Source: Candidatus Aminicenantes bacterium (GTDB lineage: Bacteria > Acidobacteriota > Aminicenantia > Aminicenantales > Aminicenantaceae). Taken from it: a DNA stretch of 64,000 bases. Location: the NCBI GenBank assembly GCA_016927475.1, contig JAFGMO010000012.1:120875-184874 (forward strand), in the 5' to 3' direction. The notes beneath the pieces were generated by a model. The model was not told the origin of the DNA. It did no database searches and saw only the letters and a list, made by a program, of their open reading frames with translations. The translations under genes were made by a program, and so were the position numbers. Positions 40,085-50,321 of this stretch are shown here, piece by piece (position 1 is the first letter of the stretch; each line of letters begins with the position of its first letter).

Positions 40085-41929
40085 TCACGCGCCTGTTTTG
40101 CTGTTCCCGGAAACCAGTCTCTCCCGCAATTTTATGGCTGCTTTTTTTCCCACAATTTTCTCCAATTGTCCGGGCAGGGCGTTCTGGATGGCGCTGATGT
40201 TTTTAAAGCGCTCCAAAAGCGTTTTTTTCCGTACTGGCCCGATACCTGGAATTCCGTCCAGCATTGAAGAGAAGCTTTTCTTTTCCCTTCTTATACGGTG
40301 GAAAGTTATGGCGAAGCGGTGAGCCTCGTCCCTCATATGCTGGAAAAGCTTCAGAGCGAGGGATGTGGGATCCAGGTTTGTGCCGGTCTTTTTTCCCGGT
40401 TGGAAAATGGTTTCTTCTCTTTTGGCCAAAGATAAAACGGGTATATGTTTCAGGGCCGGATCTTGGAGAGCGGTGAGGGCGGCGTTTAGCTGTCCTTTTC
40501 CTCCGTCGACTAAAATAAGATCCGGCAGGGGCTGCTTTTCCCTTAGGACCCTGGAATATCGTCTCTGGATAACTTCTTCCAGGCTGGCCGTATCATTGGG
40601 CCCATCGATGGTTTTGATCTTGAATTTTCTGTATTCGTTTCTCGATGGTTTGCCGTTTTGGAAAACAACCATCGAACCGACCGATTCATCGCCTCCCGTA
40701 TTGGAAATATCAAAAGCCTCAATCCGTATGGGAATCCGTTTCAGATCAAAAAGACCCTTTATTTCCTCAAGCGGAGCGATGTCCTGTTGCGCTTTTTCGA
40801 GTAAAACCGCAGCGTTGGATGAGGCTATTCCCACGAGTTTTTTGTATATTCCCCGGGCGGGAACAGCGAGCATTTTTTGCCGGTTTGTTGCTGTTTGTCT
40901 GGAGCCGCCTTTGCTTTGCGCCGGAGAAAAGGGGAGAAGAACCTTCCGGGCATCGTTTGTTCCCTTTGCCAAAAATTCTTCTAGAAAATATTTGAGGATA
41001 TCCGGGTCGGAGTTGCCGGCTTCAACAAAACGAAAAAATTCTTTGGATTCGATGACTTTACCGCCTCTCATATTAAAAACGTAAAAGGCGGCGCCCGTCT
41101 TGGACCGGGCGTATCCGATGATATCCAGATTTTCTTTTTTTGCGGAAATAAGCTTTGGTTTTGTCCTGATTTCTTCAATGGTGGTGATGGCATCGCGCCA
41201 TAGTGCCGCTTTTTCAAATTCCATTCTTTCTGAAGCCTCTTTCATCTTCTTTTTCAAATTTTCAAGGAGTTTGTCCGTTTTACCTTCCAGAAAAAGGAGG
41301 GCGTTTTTTACGCTTTCTCCGTATTCTTTTTGGGAAATGGCTCCAATGCATGGAGCTGAGCAGAGCTGAAGGTCGTATTCCAGGCAGGGCCGTTTTCTCC
41401 GTCCGGGAATGGATTCACGGCAGGTCCGCAATTTGAAAGTTTTGGTCACCAGCCGGATGCTTTTTCGAGCCTGAAGTGCGGGAGAGAAGGGTCCGAAATA
41501 TCTTGCCCCGTCTTTTTTCACTTTTCGTGTGAAATAGATGCCGGGGTAATCTTCCCGAAGAGTCAATTTTACGAAGGGAAAGCTTTTATCATCCTTTAGC
41601 TTGAGGTTGAATTTAGGCAGGTGGCGGCGGATGAAATTATTCTCCAGAAAGGAAGCCTCTTTTTCGGAATCGGTCAGGATATAATCCATGTCTCTGGTTT
41701 CGCTGAGGATGTTCTTGATTTTTGGATCAGGAGTGGTCTGGAAATACGTTTTGACTCGGTCTCTAATAGACCGGGCTTTGCCGATATAAACAACACCGCC
41801 TTCGTTATTTTTGAAAAAGTAGATACCCGGTTTGCGCGGCAGAGAAGAGATCTTTTTCTTTAATGCATGGGCCGTCGTTTTTGGATTTCCTGAAGAGAGA
41901 TTTGTTTTTCCTGAATTGTTATCTTTCAT
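40085..41929 (-). CDS. uvrC: excinuclease ABC subunit C
   Basis: An N-terminal GIY-YIG motif (GIYFFKN...VVYIGKA), the UvrBC-interaction region and a C-terminal RNaseH-like/HhH region. Confidence 0.9.
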   Translation of the reverse strand: MKDNNSGKTNLSSGNPKTTAHALKKKISSLPRKPGIYFFKNNEGGVVYIGKARSIRDRVKTYFQTTPDPKIKNILSETRDMDYILTDSEKEASFLENNFIRRHLPKFNLKLKDDKSFPFVKLTLREDYPGIYFTRKVKKDGARYFGPFSPALQARKSIRLVTKTFKLRTCRESIPGRRKRPCLEYDLQLCSAPCIGAISQKEYGESVKNALLFLEGKTDKLLENLKKKMKEASERMEFEKAALWRDAITTIEEIRTKPKLISAKKENLDIIGYARSKTGAAFYVFNMRGGKVIESKEFFRFVEAGNSDPDILKYFLEEFLAKGTNDARKVLLPFSPAQSKGGSRQTATNRQKMLAVPARGIYKKLVGIASSNAAVLLEKAQQDIAPLEEIKGLFDLKRIPIRIEAFDISNTGGDESVGSMVVFQNGKPSRNEYRKFKIKTIDGPNDTASLEEVIQRRYSRVLREKQPLPDLILVDGGKGQLNAALTALQDPALKHIPVLSLAKREETIFQPGKKTGTNLDPTSLALKLFQHMRDEAHRFAITFHRIRREKKSFSSMLDGIPGIGPVRKKTLLERFKNISAIQNALPGQLEKIVGKKAAIKLRERLVSGNSKTGA

Positions 41930-42009
41930 TGATCTTTATTATACAGGAAAAAGTTTTACGGGAAACATTCTTCAAGAAGAGACGGCGATGGATGGAGGAA
42001 AAAAACAGA

Positions 42010-44025
42010 TTAAGAACGGCTTATTCCAAGCTCGTTTTTCTTCAATTTTTCGAGCTCATCCCGAAAGCGGGCTGCTTTTTCAAACTCAAGATTAGCGGCG
42101 GCTTCTTTCATCAAACGCTCCAGTTTTATCATGCGTTCTTGTCTTTTTTTAGGGGAAAGGGGAAAGTCTTTTTCTTCGGGAAGCCGGTCAATGTCAAAAT
42201 AATCCCGTTCATAAATACTATTGAGGACGGCGTCGATTTTTTTATTGATCGACTGCGGGGTTATGTTATGACGCCGGTTGTATTCCTGCTGGATTTTACG
42301 GCGGCGATTGGACTCATCGATGGCGGACCGCATCGAATCCGTAGCGGTGTCGGCATAAAGAACGGCTTTTCCCTCCGTATTCCGGGCGGCCCTTCCAAAC
42401 GTTTGGATAAGAGATGTCGCCGAACGGAGGAAACCTTCCTTGTCTGCATCCAGGATGGAAACGAGGGATACTTCGGGTAGGTCCAAACCCTCACGAAGCA
42501 GGTTGATTCCGATGAGAGCGTCAAATTTGCCTCTTCTTAGGTCTTTCAGTATTTTTACCCTTTCCAAGGTTTCAATATCGGAATGAAGATAGCGTACTCT
42601 GAGGCCCAGTTCATGGTAGTGACGGCTCAAATTTTCGGCCATTCTTTTGGTCAGCGTCGTTACAAGAACACGCTGATTGTTTTTTGCCCGCTCTTGGATT
42701 TCCGCCATCAGGTCATCTATTTGGCCTTTAACGGGCCGGACCTCCACGACCGGATCGGTCAAACCGGTCGGTCGTATGATCTGTTCTACGACATGACTAT
42801 CCACTTTATCAAGTTCATACCGTCCCGGTGTGGCTGAAACGTAGAGAACCTGACCAACATGGTTTTCAAATTCTTCAAAGTTGAGGGGCCGGTTATCCAG
42901 GGCGGAGGGGAGACGGAAACCGTGTTCGATCAAGCTTAGCTTTCGTGAGCGGTCTCCGTGATACATGCCGCCGATTTGGGGAACGGTGACATGGGATTCG
43001 TCGATAATGGTGATGAAATCTTCGGGAAAATAATCGAGAAGGGTATAGGGGGGTTCTCCCGGTTTGCGTCCGCTGAGGTAAAGGGAGTAATTTTCGATAC
43101 CGGGACAATAATTAAATTCCCGAATCATATCCAGATCAAAAAGCGTTCTCTCTTCGATACGCTGCGCTTCAATAAATTTCCCCTGCTTGTTGAATTCCGC
43201 GATCCTCTGTTTGAGCTCTGATTTTATGGCTTGAATCGTATTATCCAGTACTTTTTGCGGTGTAGAGAAAAACGTTCTGGGATAGATAATGGTGCGGTCG
43301 AAGGTCTCTATGGATTTTCCAAGGAGGGGATCGATGGACGATAAAGCACAGATACCTTCGTCATCCAATTCGATACGGTAGGCAAATTCTGTATAGGCGG
43401 GGAAAACTTCGATGATGTCTCCGCGGACACGAAAAGACCCCCGCTTGAAATCCGCTTCATCCCTTGTATATTGAATTTCAACAAGTTTCCTAAGTATGTC
43501 TTTTCGGGAGATTGTTTGTCCTTTCTCCAGCAGGAAGCTCATCGAATAATAAGTATCCGGTGCTCCGATGCCGTAAATACAGGAGACCGAGGCAACGATA
43601 ATTACATCCTTTCGTTGTAAGAGGGAGTTGGTGGCGCTGAGCCTGAGCCGGTCGATATCATCATTAATGGTAGCTTCTTTGGCGATGTACAGGTTTTGGG
43701 CGGAAAGGTAAGCTTCGGGTTGGTAATAATCGTAGTAACTGACAAAATATTCCACGGCGTTTTCCGGAAAAAACATGCGGAATTCCTGATAAAGCTGGGC
43801 GGCTAGTGTTTTGTTATGGGAGATCACCAGAATGGGCCGGTTGGCCGCGGCGATGATATTAGCCATGGTGAACGTTTTTCCTGAACCGGTCACCCCCATC
43901 AAAACCTGATGTTTTTTTCCGGCCGATAGGCCGTCTTCAAGTTCTTGTATGGCCCGTGGTTGATCGCCCTTTGGTGTGAATTCTGAGTGAAGGACGAATT
44001 TTTTCATGGGGATGTCTATTCCCAT
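42010..44025 (-). CDS. uvrB: excinuclease ABC subunit B
   Basis: Helicase motifs ([12 protein letters not shown]), a beta-hairpin region and a C-terminal UVR domain. 671 aa. Confidence 0.95.
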   Translation of the reverse strand: MGIDIPMKKFVLHSEFTPKGDQPRAIQELEDGLSAGKKHQVLMGVTGSGKTFTMANIIAAANRPILVISHNKTLAAQLYQEFRMFFPENAVEYFVSYYDYYQPEAYLSAQNLYIAKEATINDDIDRLRLSATNSLLQRKDVIIVASVSCIYGIGAPDTYYSMSFLLEKGQTISRKDILRKLVEIQYTRDEADFKRGSFRVRGDIIEVFPAYTEFAYRIELDDEGICALSSIDPLLGKSIETFDRTIIYPRTFFSTPQKVLDNTIQAIKSELKQRIAEFNKQGKFIEAQRIEERTLFDLDMIREFNYCPGIENYSLYLSGRKPGEPPYTLLDYFPEDFITIIDESHVTVPQIGGMYHGDRSRKLSLIEHGFRLPSALDNRPLNFEEFENHVGQVLYVSATPGRYELDKVDSHVVEQIIRPTGLTDPVVEVRPVKGQIDDLMAEIQERAKNNQRVLVTTLTKRMAENLSRHYHELGLRVRYLHSDIETLERVKILKDLRRGKFDALIGINLLREGLDLPEVSLVSILDADKEGFLRSATSLIQTFGRAARNTEGKAVLYADTATDSMRSAIDESNRRRKIQQEYNRRHNITPQSINKKIDAVLNSIYERDYFDIDRLPEEKDFPLSPKKRQERMIKLERLMKEAAANLEFEKAARFRDELEKLKKNELGISRS

Positions 44026-44101
44026 AGCCCAAACCTCATTATTTTTTGGTTCGTCGGGATTCCAGGATATGGTTTGGGATTTTGTTTTTCAGAAAAAGGC
44101 T

Positions 44102-44554
44102 TCAGTCTGTTTTGTCCTTTTTCTCCTGGGGGGGCGGTTCGGGTTTTGCTTTCAAAGGGGCGGGTTTTTCCGTCTCTTTTCCCATTTTTATGCTTCCCAT
44201 AAACTGAGAACCTTCCATGATGGATATTCTTGGCGAGATGATGTCGCCTTTCATCCGCCCCCTTTCGGTGATACAAACCTTATCCGAAGCATAAATATTG
44301 CCTTCAACGGAGCCGCTGACGATGATGTTTTTTACATGGATATCTGCTGTGACCTTGCCGCTTTCCCGAATGGTTAAGTTGTTATCGAGCAACTTGATTT
44401 TTCCGTTGACACGTCCATCGATGAAAAGGTCTTCGCTTCCGGAAATTTCACCCTTGACCCGGAGAGATGAACCGAGGCGGGAATTTATATCACCCGATGG
44501 GCTTTCCCTGTAATCTTTTTTTTCTTTATCTCTTGCGTCATATTTGAGCATCAT
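44102..44554 (-). CDS. bactofilin-family cytoskeletal protein
   Basis: A beta-helical repeat pattern (I..G.V.G.I...........G) typical of DUF583, with a Pro/Lys-rich tail. Confidence 0.65.
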   Translation of the reverse strand: MMLKYDARDKEKKDYRESPSGDINSRLGSSLRVKGEISGSEDLFIDGRVNGKIKLLDNNLTIRESGKVTADIHVKNIIVSGSVEGNIYASDKVCITERGRMKGDIISPRISIMEGSQFMGSIKMGKETEKPAPLKAKPEPPPQEKKDKTD

Positions 44555-44801
44555 TCCTCCATCTTTTTCCCCGGGAGAAGGTACTTTCGATTATAGAAAT
44601 CCATCTAAGCGATGTCAACCTAATCTTATGTGTTCCCCAATATTACCCTTTGTCATGCACGGAATTTTTACCGCAGAAGAAGGATTTATTTTCTTCCACA
44701 CATCGATGGTTGAATATTCCTGGAACAAAAACTTGGAACGGCAAAAAAAATGAAATATAATCGGGAATGCGGGGAAAGAAATTTAAAGGAAGGCAATCAG
44801 T

Positions 44802-46133
44802 ATGAATAAAATACTCAGGGCGGCTGTCATTTTGATGCTCATGGTGATTCCCCTTCGTGCCCAGTGGGTTCGGGCTTACGGTGGTACGGAGAAAGACATC
44901 GCGCACTGTATTTTTCCGACGGATGACGGGGGATTTATTATGGCTGTCGAATCCCTTGGTGTCGTTGTTCTGAAACTTTTTCACGATGGAACGTTGGAAT
45001 GGCAAAAATATTTTAACGTGGTGATAAATTCTGAGATTCAGGACATGGTTTCGCGGCCCGGTGGCGGATATATCGCTGCGGGCCGGTTACGGAATACGTT
45101 TGCCATAATCGGTCTAACCGCTGCCGGTGAAATTGAGTGGTGTAGAAGTTTTGTTCCCCGGAACGGGTCCAGCCAAAGCAGGGCATTTGCCGTTCATCAA
45201 CTTGACGGGGGCGGGTATATTGTTGCCGGCCAGACACATTCATTTGGTGAGGGAAATGGTGATGCCTGGGTGATGAAAATTGATGAGTCAGGTAAGGCGA
45301 TCTGGCAGAAATCCTATGGAGGCTCTGAAATCGACCTGTTCTATGATATTCGCCCAACCGGGGACTCGGGTTTCATTGCGGCCGGGCATACTTTTTCCTA
45401 TTCTCTGGGAAAAAATGACCTTTGGCTTCTTAAGCTGGATGAGAACGGAAACATTATTTGGCAGAAAACCTTGGGAGGAAGCGAGGAGGAATGGGCCCGC
45501 AGTGTTCAAGTAAATGAGGATGGAGGTTGTGTGGTTGCCGGGACGACCGCTTCTTTTGGGGCCGGTTCTTTAGACCTCTGGGTTGTCCGTTTATCGCAGC
45601 TGGGAGAAGTGATCTGGCAGAAAACATATGGTGATGTTGGCTATGACCGGGGGGAGAGCCTTCGTCTGATGTCGGGAGGGGACCTTGTTCTAGCGGGGTA
45701 CATCACCATTGAGGAAAATTCGGATGTTGTTGTCATACGTCTTAATCCTCAAGGCGACATCGTCTGGCAGCGTCGGTTTGGAGGAGGAGTTGAGGAGATC
45801 GATTATGAGAAGGTCTATTTTTTTGAAATGGCCTATGCCCTATGCGTCAATGATAATGATGATATTTTCGCCGCCGGAGAGACAAACAGTCTCGGAGATA
45901 ATCCTATGGATGCCCTGGTTATGAAATTGCCTCCGGACGGGGCCATGGGGAAATGTGAGTTGATGAAGGAAGCATCTCTGGTGTGTTTGAACAGCGGGGC
46001 GGTCATCCATCTTTCCGGAGCCGTCCCCCTGTCAACGAATGCCATTATTAAGGATCTGGAGATCGATGCACGCTCCGGTCTTTTTCGCCAAAGACTTATC
46101 TGCCCCACAAAAAAAGGAAAACACAAGCGGTAG
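44802..46133 (+). CDS. secreted beta-propeller-like repeat protein
   Basis: A signal peptide followed by about 7 repeats of ~45 aa with the motif W.K(T/S)YGG...D.G.S......G(G/Y).V.AG.T.S.G.G..D.W..KL. Confidence 0.5.
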   Translation: MNKILRAAVILMLMVIPLRAQWVRAYGGTEKDIAHCIFPTDDGGFIMAVESLGVVVLKLFHDGTLEWQKYFNVVINSEIQDMVSRPGGGYIAAGRLRNTFAIIGLTAAGEIEWCRSFVPRNGSSQSRAFAVHQLDGGGYIVAGQTHSFGEGNGDAWVMKIDESGKAIWQKSYGGSEIDLFYDIRPTGDSGFIAAGHTFSYSLGKNDLWLLKLDENGNIIWQKTLGGSEEEWARSVQVNEDGGCVVAGTTASFGAGSLDLWVVRLSQLGEVIWQKTYGDVGYDRGESLRLMSGGDLVLAGYITIEENSDVVVIRLNPQGDIVWQRRFGGGVEEIDYEKVYFFEMAYALCVNDNDDIFAAGETNSLGDNPMDALVMKLPPDGAMGKCELMKEASLVCLNSGAVIHLSGAVPLSTNAIIKDLEIDARSGLFRQRLICPTKKGKHKR

Positions 46134-46139
46134 AGGGCT

Positions 46140-47321
46140 TCAAGGCTGATCCGCTTTTTTTCGCATACGCTTGAATTCTTTTATACAAAAAAACAAGGCT
46201 CTTGGAAGACGGCAGCACCCTTTTCCCATCCCCCCCTTCAAATCCAGATGAACCTCTCCTGCCCGGTTGAGGTAACCGAACCATTCCCCGTATTCGGGGT
46301 CCGGAAAATGGTCCCACGTATAATTGTGGATTTTTTCAAACCAGCTTTTCTGTGATTTGCCACCCGTTATAGAAAAGCTTGTCAGAATTGCGACAAGGGC
46401 TTCTGCGTGAACCCACCAAAGCTTCAGGTCCCAGTCGAGACGGTCGATAGGTTTCTGCTGAATGTCCAGAAAGGAATGAAGACCTCCGTTTTTTTTATCC
46501 CAGGAATAATCAAGGGTGCTGAGGATAATGCGGGAGGTCCTGTCAATGAGCGAAACATCGTCCCTTCTCCTGGCGATATCAAGAAGCGTCCAGGCGGCTT
46601 CAAGGCTGCGGCCTGGACAAAGAAGTCTTCCTTCAAAACAGTCGGGGTGGGTGCCGTCCGGAGCGGCATATTCATGAAAAATATTAAAATCGGTATTGTG
46701 AAAAGCACCCAAAATCCTGTCGGTACATATATCCAGGATGGAGCTGATCTCGTTTTTTTTCAGGAGCCACTCCATCTCCATCGTCAATTGGGCCAAGCCG
46801 ATAGTGTCTTTTAGAGAGATCAGCCGGCGTGAAGTCCCTGTTTCCTCTGAAACATCGTCCTCGGGGTGTTCCATGCTGTGACACAGGCTGCGGAATGTTT
46901 CCAAAGCGATTTCTTGGGGCTGTTCTTCACCTGATGCCAGCCCGTATTGACTGAAAGCCATTGCAGCCTGGCAGGCACAAGCATATCCTCCACCGGCTTT
47001 CAGGACGCGGCCGGTCCTGTCAACAGAAAAAGACCAATTTCCTGTGTCGTCGCGGCCGAATGAAGACAGAAAACCTGACCCGATGGAAGCCATATCCAAC
47101 CAGTCGCTTTTTTGTTCCCAACGGTTATACAGTTTTGAAAAAATCCAGACTTGTCTGGCCAGGAGCTCGACAAATTTATCCGTATCGTAGATGTTTCCCT
47201 CACGGTCGAGACAGGAAAAGGTGCCGCCGTAATCCCTGTCCGGAGAAAATTGGAACCAGAATGGAAGGACATCTTCAAACAAGGCGTGTTCATAAAGAGA
47301 TATATACTGAGTTATTTCCAT
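46140..47321 (-). CDS. N-acylglucosamine 2-epimerase (AGE) superfamily protein
   Basis: An (alpha/alpha)6 barrel with AGE-family N-terminal motifs (LPFW...D.DYGGTF). 393 aa. Confidence 0.7.
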   Translation of the reverse strand: MEITQYISLYEHALFEDVLPFWFQFSPDRDYGGTFSCLDREGNIYDTDKFVELLARQVWIFSKLYNRWEQKSDWLDMASIGSGFLSSFGRDDTGNWSFSVDRTGRVLKAGGGYACACQAAMAFSQYGLASGEEQPQEIALETFRSLCHSMEHPEDDVSEETGTSRRLISLKDTIGLAQLTMEMEWLLKKNEISSILDICTDRILGAFHNTDFNIFHEYAAPDGTHPDCFEGRLLCPGRSLEAAWTLLDIARRRDDVSLIDRTSRIILSTLDYSWDKKNGGLHSFLDIQQKPIDRLDWDLKLWWVHAEALVAILTSFSITGGKSQKSWFEKIHNYTWDHFPDPEYGEWFGYLNRAGEVHLDLKGGMGKGCCRLPRALFFCIKEFKRMRKKADQP

Positions 47322-47392
47322 TTGGCTTACAAAAGCATTTTAGCAGACCTTTCCACCCAATAAAAATGCTGAAATTTTTACGGAATGGGATT

Positions 47393-48763
47393 TTAAGGTT
47401 TTAACAGAGACATGATCTCTGTCTTGAATGTATCCAAAAGGGTATGGCTCTGTTCCTCGGTTGCTGCCTCGGCGATAAGGCGAATGATGGGTTCGGTATT
47501 GGACGGGCGAATATGAAGCCAGGCGTCATTAAAGGATATTTTGAGGCCGTCCAGCTCTGATATCCGTCCTTTGCTTTCATAACGTTTTCTAAGTTTTTTG
47601 ATAACCCGATGAGTTTGTTCAGGAGTTCCCGGAAGGCGGTCCTTGATCATGAAAAATTTCGGGATATTGTTTCGGAGTTCGGATAATGTCTTTCCTGATG
47701 TGGCCATGAATTCCAGGATTAATCCTGTTGCTGAAAAGCTGTCCCGGCAGGTATGGACCGCCGGGAAGATGACACCTCCGTTTCCTTCTCCGCCGATGAC
47801 GGCCTTGTGTTTTAAGACACCTTCAACGACGTAGATCTCGCCGATTTTTGTCCGGAAAACAGGAGACCGGTTTTCAAAGGCAATCTTATCAACGGCTATG
47901 GATGTCGAAAGGTTAACGACAACAGGCCCAGGATTCTTTTCAAGGATATGCTTGATGCACAGGGCCAGAGTAAGTTCCTCGCCGACGGCTTCTCCTTTTT
48001 CATTGACTATGGCCAGGCGGTCTGCGTCGGCATCTAAAGCCAGACCGATGTCCGCTTTCCACTGTTTCACTTCCCGGCAGAGAGGGCCGAGATTTTCCGG
48101 TGAGGGTTCATAGCTTCTGGCTCCTTTGAACCCGCTTCCGCGGTCGAAAATCCGGTATCGGCAGCCCAGTTCTTCCAAAAGACGGGGCATAAGAACGGTA
48201 CCTGCCCCTCCGCAGCAATCAGCTACAACCTTGAATTGTTTTTTCCGGATGGAATTTTTTTCAACAACATCCAACAGCCTTTGAATATGAGCCTCAAGAC
48301 GATGTTCTTTTTGGACCACCCGCAGGTCATGGCTGCGGACCAGGCTGAATTCTCCTTGATGGTAGATATCCAGAAATTCTTCGCTTTGGGCATGGTTCAG
48401 AAAAAGCCCTTTGTGATTAATGAATTTTAATCCATTCCAGTTTTCAGGATTATGGCTGGCGGTCACGGCCAATCCCCCGATATAGCGGCTTTCCCTGGCC
48501 AGGAATTGAAGAGTGGGAATGGGGCATATTCCTGCATCCACAGGGCGGCAGCCGACCGAAAGGAGACCTGAGATAACCGACTGGGTCAGCATGAATCCGG
48601 AAGAACGGGTATCGCGTCCGATAATCACTTCCCCCCGGCCGAGGAAAGTCCCGAAAGCCTGGGCGAATCTGGAAACGAGTTGCGGGGTAAGGCTTTCCCC
48701 GATGGTTCCGCGGACTCCGGAAATGCCTATTTTAAGCGGTAATTTATGTTTCATGATTCCCAC
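47393..48763 (-). CDS. phosphoglucomutase/phosphomannomutase family protein (catalytically competent)
   Basis: Active-site VTASHNP, metal loop DADADR and a sugar-binding loop. Confidence 0.8.
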   Translation of the reverse strand: MGIMKHKLPLKIGISGVRGTIGESLTPQLVSRFAQAFGTFLGRGEVIIGRDTRSSGFMLTQSVISGLLSVGCRPVDAGICPIPTLQFLARESRYIGGLAVTASHNPENWNGLKFINHKGLFLNHAQSEEFLDIYHQGEFSLVRSHDLRVVQKEHRLEAHIQRLLDVVEKNSIRKKQFKVVADCCGGAGTVLMPRLLEELGCRYRIFDRGSGFKGARSYEPSPENLGPLCREVKQWKADIGLALDADADRLAIVNEKGEAVGEELTLALCIKHILEKNPGPVVVNLSTSIAVDKIAFENRSPVFRTKIGEIYVVEGVLKHKAVIGGEGNGGVIFPAVHTCRDSFSATGLILEFMATSGKTLSELRNNIPKFFMIKDRLPGTPEQTHRVIKKLRKRYESKGRISELDGLKISFNDAWLHIRPSNTEPIIRLIAEAATEEQSHTLLDTFKTEIMSLLKP

Positions 48764-48796
48764 GATAAGTTGTGTTCCATTCCGTATTCAAAAAGT

Positions 48797-50143
48797 TCAT
48801 GTCATTTGTCTTACGTAATAGGCGGCTTTTTCCAAATATTCGGCGGCTTTGGCCTTTGTCCGGCTTTCGGCGATAATCCGGATCATCGGCTCCGTGGCCG
48901 AAGCCCGGATATGAAGCCAGCCGTCGCTTTTATAAATTTTTAATCCGTCGTCGGTATTGACCTTGTTTCTCGGATAATGCCGCTTCATTTCATTGATGAT
49001 GGAATGAACCTTGGCCGTTGGACAGGCGATTTTCTCCTTGATGATATGGCAGCGGGGAAGACGACGGATCAGATCGGAAAGTTTCTTTTTTTTCACGGCT
49101 AAAATTTCCAGGATTTTTCCCATAGCCAGGAATCCGTCAAAAGCGGGAAAAAAATCACGAAGGGCCAGACTTCCGCTTCCTTCCCCGGCTAAAACGGCGT
49201 CTTCATCCAGCATCGTCTGGATACCGTGTGATTGGCCCACTTTGGCTCTGACCAAAGGGCATTTGTGACGGGCGGCGACGGCCGTTATCATACTTGAAGT
49301 GGAATGGTTGGTGACGACAGGCCCGGGATTTTTTTCGAGATAATAATCCGCGATAAGGGGAAGAGTGTATTCCTCGGAAAGCGTTTCTCCGTCTTCAGCC
49401 ACGAGTGAGATGCGGCTTACGTCGCTGTTCAGGAGGAAACCGATGTCGGCTTTGGTGATACGAAGTATGGAGGCCACTTCCGTGGCATTGCGCGGACGCG
49501 GTTCAGGGTCATGGGGAAAATACCCCGATGGAGTATTGTTTATGGGGATAAGCTCACAGTTAAGAATCCGGCTGAAATGATTGATAAATCCCGCTCCCGC
49601 TCCGTTGCAGGGATCGATGACTATCTTGAACCCCCTGGCTGCGATGACGGAACGGTTGAGAAATGAGCCTAGTGCCTTGAAATAGGTCTCTGAATAGCCC
49701 TCTCTTTTTGACCGGGTTCCGAGCCGGTCAAAGGAGGCTTTTTTAAAACGTTCCAGGTGGTAGATGTCCAGGAGTTCTTCTCCCTGGTATTCATTAAGAG
49801 TGGTCCCTTCATGGTTGATGAAGGCCAGAGCGTTCCAATCTCCGCTGTTATGGCCGGCCGAAACGGAAACACCCCCCGCTGCTCCAGACTTTTTTACCGT
49901 ATACTGCAGAATGGGAGCGGGACAGACTCCCAGGTCTTCGACATCGCTTCCCGATGCCATAAGAGCGGCGCAAACCGAGGAAGCGATCATAGGGCTCGAC
50001 AGCCGTGTATCCCGTCCTATCAGGATTTTCCGGCTGGAGACGAGTGTGGCGAAAGCGCTGGCAAAGTCCATGGCTAAACAAGGCGTCAAAGCATCCCCGA
50101 TTATTCCTCGAACACCGGAGATGCTGATCTTTAAGAGTTTCAC
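48797..50143 (-). CDS. phosphohexomutase-family paralog with degenerate active site (SAGHN; metal loop NSDVSR)
   Basis: It aligns along its whole length with the neighbouring mutase. The phosphoserine (TASHN becomes SAGHN) and two of three metal-binding Asp residues (DADADR becomes NSDVSR) are replaced. Confidence 0.75.
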   Translation of the reverse strand: MKLLKISISGVRGIIGDALTPCLAMDFASAFATLVSSRKILIGRDTRLSSPMIASSVCAALMASGSDVEDLGVCPAPILQYTVKKSGAAGGVSVSAGHNSGDWNALAFINHEGTTLNEYQGEELLDIYHLERFKKASFDRLGTRSKREGYSETYFKALGSFLNRSVIAARGFKIVIDPCNGAGAGFINHFSRILNCELIPINNTPSGYFPHDPEPRPRNATEVASILRITKADIGFLLNSDVSRISLVAEDGETLSEEYTLPLIADYYLEKNPGPVVTNHSTSSMITAVAARHKCPLVRAKVGQSHGIQTMLDEDAVLAGEGSGSLALRDFFPAFDGFLAMGKILEILAVKKKKLSDLIRRLPRCHIIKEKIACPTAKVHSIINEMKRHYPRNKVNTDDGLKIYKSDGWLHIRASATEPMIRIIAESRTKAKAAEYLEKAAYYVRQMT

Positions 50144-50321
50144 AAAGGCTCCTATCGCTGCAAATCAGCGGCGCGGTTTACCGCCTGCGCTGGATTTAGC
50201 TTGTTTGCTCTTGCCATTATACACCACCCCGGCGTTTTGCATAAATCTTTGTTCTGGATTGGAGATCTGCAATATTTCCGTGAAAATGGCATAAAAGGGG
50301 AAAGATGAAGAGAGGTATTTT

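Noticed and set aside
40365-41084. 239-aa plus-strand ORF inside uvrC and similar ORFs inside uvrB (42583..42837, 42958..43221)
   Set aside because: They are antisense to conserved NER genes and have no supporting signals.
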